A stretch of 64,000 nt of DNA from Octopus bimaculoides (lineage: Eukaryota): contig NC_068983.1 of the NCBI RefSeq assembly GCF_001194135.2, forward strand, positions 163,636,492-163,700,491. The letters are read 5' to 3'. Positions 61,900-64,000 of the stretch are shown in pieces. The position numbers and the translations under genes were made by a program. The notes under the pieces are model-generated. The model was not told where the DNA came from. It ran no database searches and was given only the letters and a program-made list of their open reading frames with translations. Every line of letters starts with the position of its first letter. Position 1 is the stretch's first letter.

Positions 61900-64000
61900 A
61901 TTTTAAATAAAATTGCATATAAATGAGAGTAAAATAAAACCATTTTAACTTATTTTTTATATTTTAAAATATGAACTGACTTTAATGGTCAGTTGTGTAA
62001 AAGTAATTTGTCTCGTGATTCAACCATTCTTTCTACACCATCGGAATACAAGAAGGCAGAGCCCTATCTTGTTCTTACTGAAATCTCTTAAATTTTCATC
62101 ACACCTTGTACAATCTTATACAAAACTGTGAAAACATAACTTTGCAAATCGATTTTACTTTAGAATGCCGATCAGGCATTGTTATTTGACCGCAAATGTA
62201 ACAGAACTTGTTTGGATCATTTTTGTAGTCATTTATTGTTCAGACATTTGTAATAAAGAATTAACAAATATAAACAGAGAAATACACACGAGAAATACAG
62301 TGCTGTACTCTTCCAATCGCTATACTGTCTGAAAAAGACACTGAGACAATAAGCAAAATATGAAATCGCTGCCACGTGAAAAACTCTACCAGTGGTCTGT
62401 GTGTGTGTGTGTGTGTGTGTGTTGACATTTTCAAACTAATTAGTTCAATTAATTAATTTGTGCAACTTCTTCAGAAAATTACTTCGTTATACATTCATTA
62501 ACAATTCGTTTTGAAAAATTATAGAAACTGAAAAATATGATTTCTATATGAAAGCTAGAAAAGTGAAGCTGATAAAAGGAAACGGATACCAGATTCGAAT
62601 TTAGTAATATATAGCATCAGTTTATAATGTCATTAACAGTAGAAATGAAGCCGGACAGTGTTATAGGATTGGTCAATGAAAGCTGACTAAAAATTAAGCA
62701 GGAAGAGTAACAACAACCTCTGCGATTTGTGGTGATGTAGTCTGTCTCCGTGTGTTTCTGTGATGAATCATGGAGCTGATCTCATCACTCAACAAACGAC
62801 ACCCGCAACAAATTAAAACTATCATCGCTAACTACGAAACACTCCTCGGTTATACAATGTTTCTATGTTTACAGCGGGGTTGGGTGTTTCTATTTATGTG
62901 GACGATTTATTAACAACAGCTATAAGGAGCTAAACCATTTAAAGGTTAAATCGAGATAGAATATTGGCGCTGTTGTTTCGACATCCATCACCCACCTTCA
63001 TCTGAGGGGCGTTTGACTCCTGAGTCTTACAAATTAGATATGTTGTGGAGTTTCGTTTCCGTTGCTTTTGTGTATTCGTTGCCGAGTAAAATATTTATAT
63101 TAATGTAGTTTCACAACATTTATATTCTAAGCTACTTTGAGTTAAAAATTACGGCTGTCAGTCGAGAACAAGAGTTACTATCAAAATAACTCCGGTTCTT
63201 GTAACGAATAACTTCCAAATGTCTAAGCCAGGATTCGAAGCCAAATGCACATTTTCCTACAAGTTCTCCTCCTATTGTTCTCGCCTTTTACACTAGTTAT
63301 GAGGTCAACTGTCATACTTAGGCTTTATTGTTTAAGGTAGCATTCTTAGGTAAAACAGGGTTCTGGCTGATTATAGAGGAAAACTCTTTTGTTTAGCCTT
63401 ACCTAGTTTGGTTATGAAGGATATAAATATGCAATCTCAAATCGGTTCCATCTCTTTAGTCGTTCTGTTCCTAGTCAAAAAACATCTCTCTTTCTCACTT
63501 CAAGTATGCCTGTCATCGCGTGACAACACAACTCTTAATGCTTCTACCTCCTTAAACTCACTCACTCACTCTTTGTCAATCTAACTATCTATCTATCTAT
63601 CTATCTATCTATATATCTATCTCTATCTCTCTCTCTCTTTAATAATCACATACAGATGAAATTTACTATCTACACAATTGTCTATAGAACATGGTAAAGA
63701 TCAATAATAACGATACAATAAAGGGCCATTTCAATCAATTAATATTGTTTTTCTTCTCTCATTTATTCTGTGCATATCATTGTTTTATTTAACCGTTACA
63801 TACTCTTAGGTCTTCTTTCAGGGACGATTGACCATGTTACAAAACAACAGAGTCGTGGAACATTGCGTATATAAGGTGGCGTCCTGTCAATATCTAAGAC
63901 ATTCTATTTGTATTGATTCATTATATTTAGAGATTAATAGGTATTACGAGCCGGAACATATCACCAAGTGTTTCGTTAGCCTACGACTTTCAATACTCTT

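Noticed and set aside
62960-63012. CAGATGA...GAAAC hammerhead-like motif (minus)
   Set aside because: No supporting stems and no NUH site.

Overview
AT-rich, microsatellite-saturated animal genomic DNA from a gapped short-read assembly, with seven N-runs, most bordered by (TA)n. The repeat content looks like an octopod cephalopod; that is an inference from the SINE families, not a database match. I cannot support any intact host protein-coding gene, rRNA, genuine tRNA gene or CRISPR array. Almost all ORFs in the track are translated microsatellites or antisense reads of dead retroelements. The window is a retroelement graveyard containing: (1) dozens of copies of several tRNA-derived SINE families, two with a CORE-like middle; (2) at least eight fragments of R4/Dong-type RLE non-LTR retrotransposons that sit in (TAA)n or (TACA)n microsatellites, plus a ~550-bp non-coding element that piles up head-to-tail with them; (3) Penelope-like (PLE) remnants and minimal hammerhead-ribozyme motifs; (4) CR1- and RTE-like LINE ends; and (5) hAT, piggyBac-like and mariner MITEs and palindromic foldbacks. 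The most notable items are a tRNA-headed, SINE-like element ending in a core-intact hammerhead ribozyme (10.3-10.5 kb, minus strand), an inverted repeat whose two arms each carry a hammerhead motif (38.1-38.3 kb), and the (TAA)n-targeted Dong plus non-autonomous partner arrays (31 kb, 42.5-44.1 kb). All element boundaries were read by eye and are approximate unless terminal motifs are quoted.
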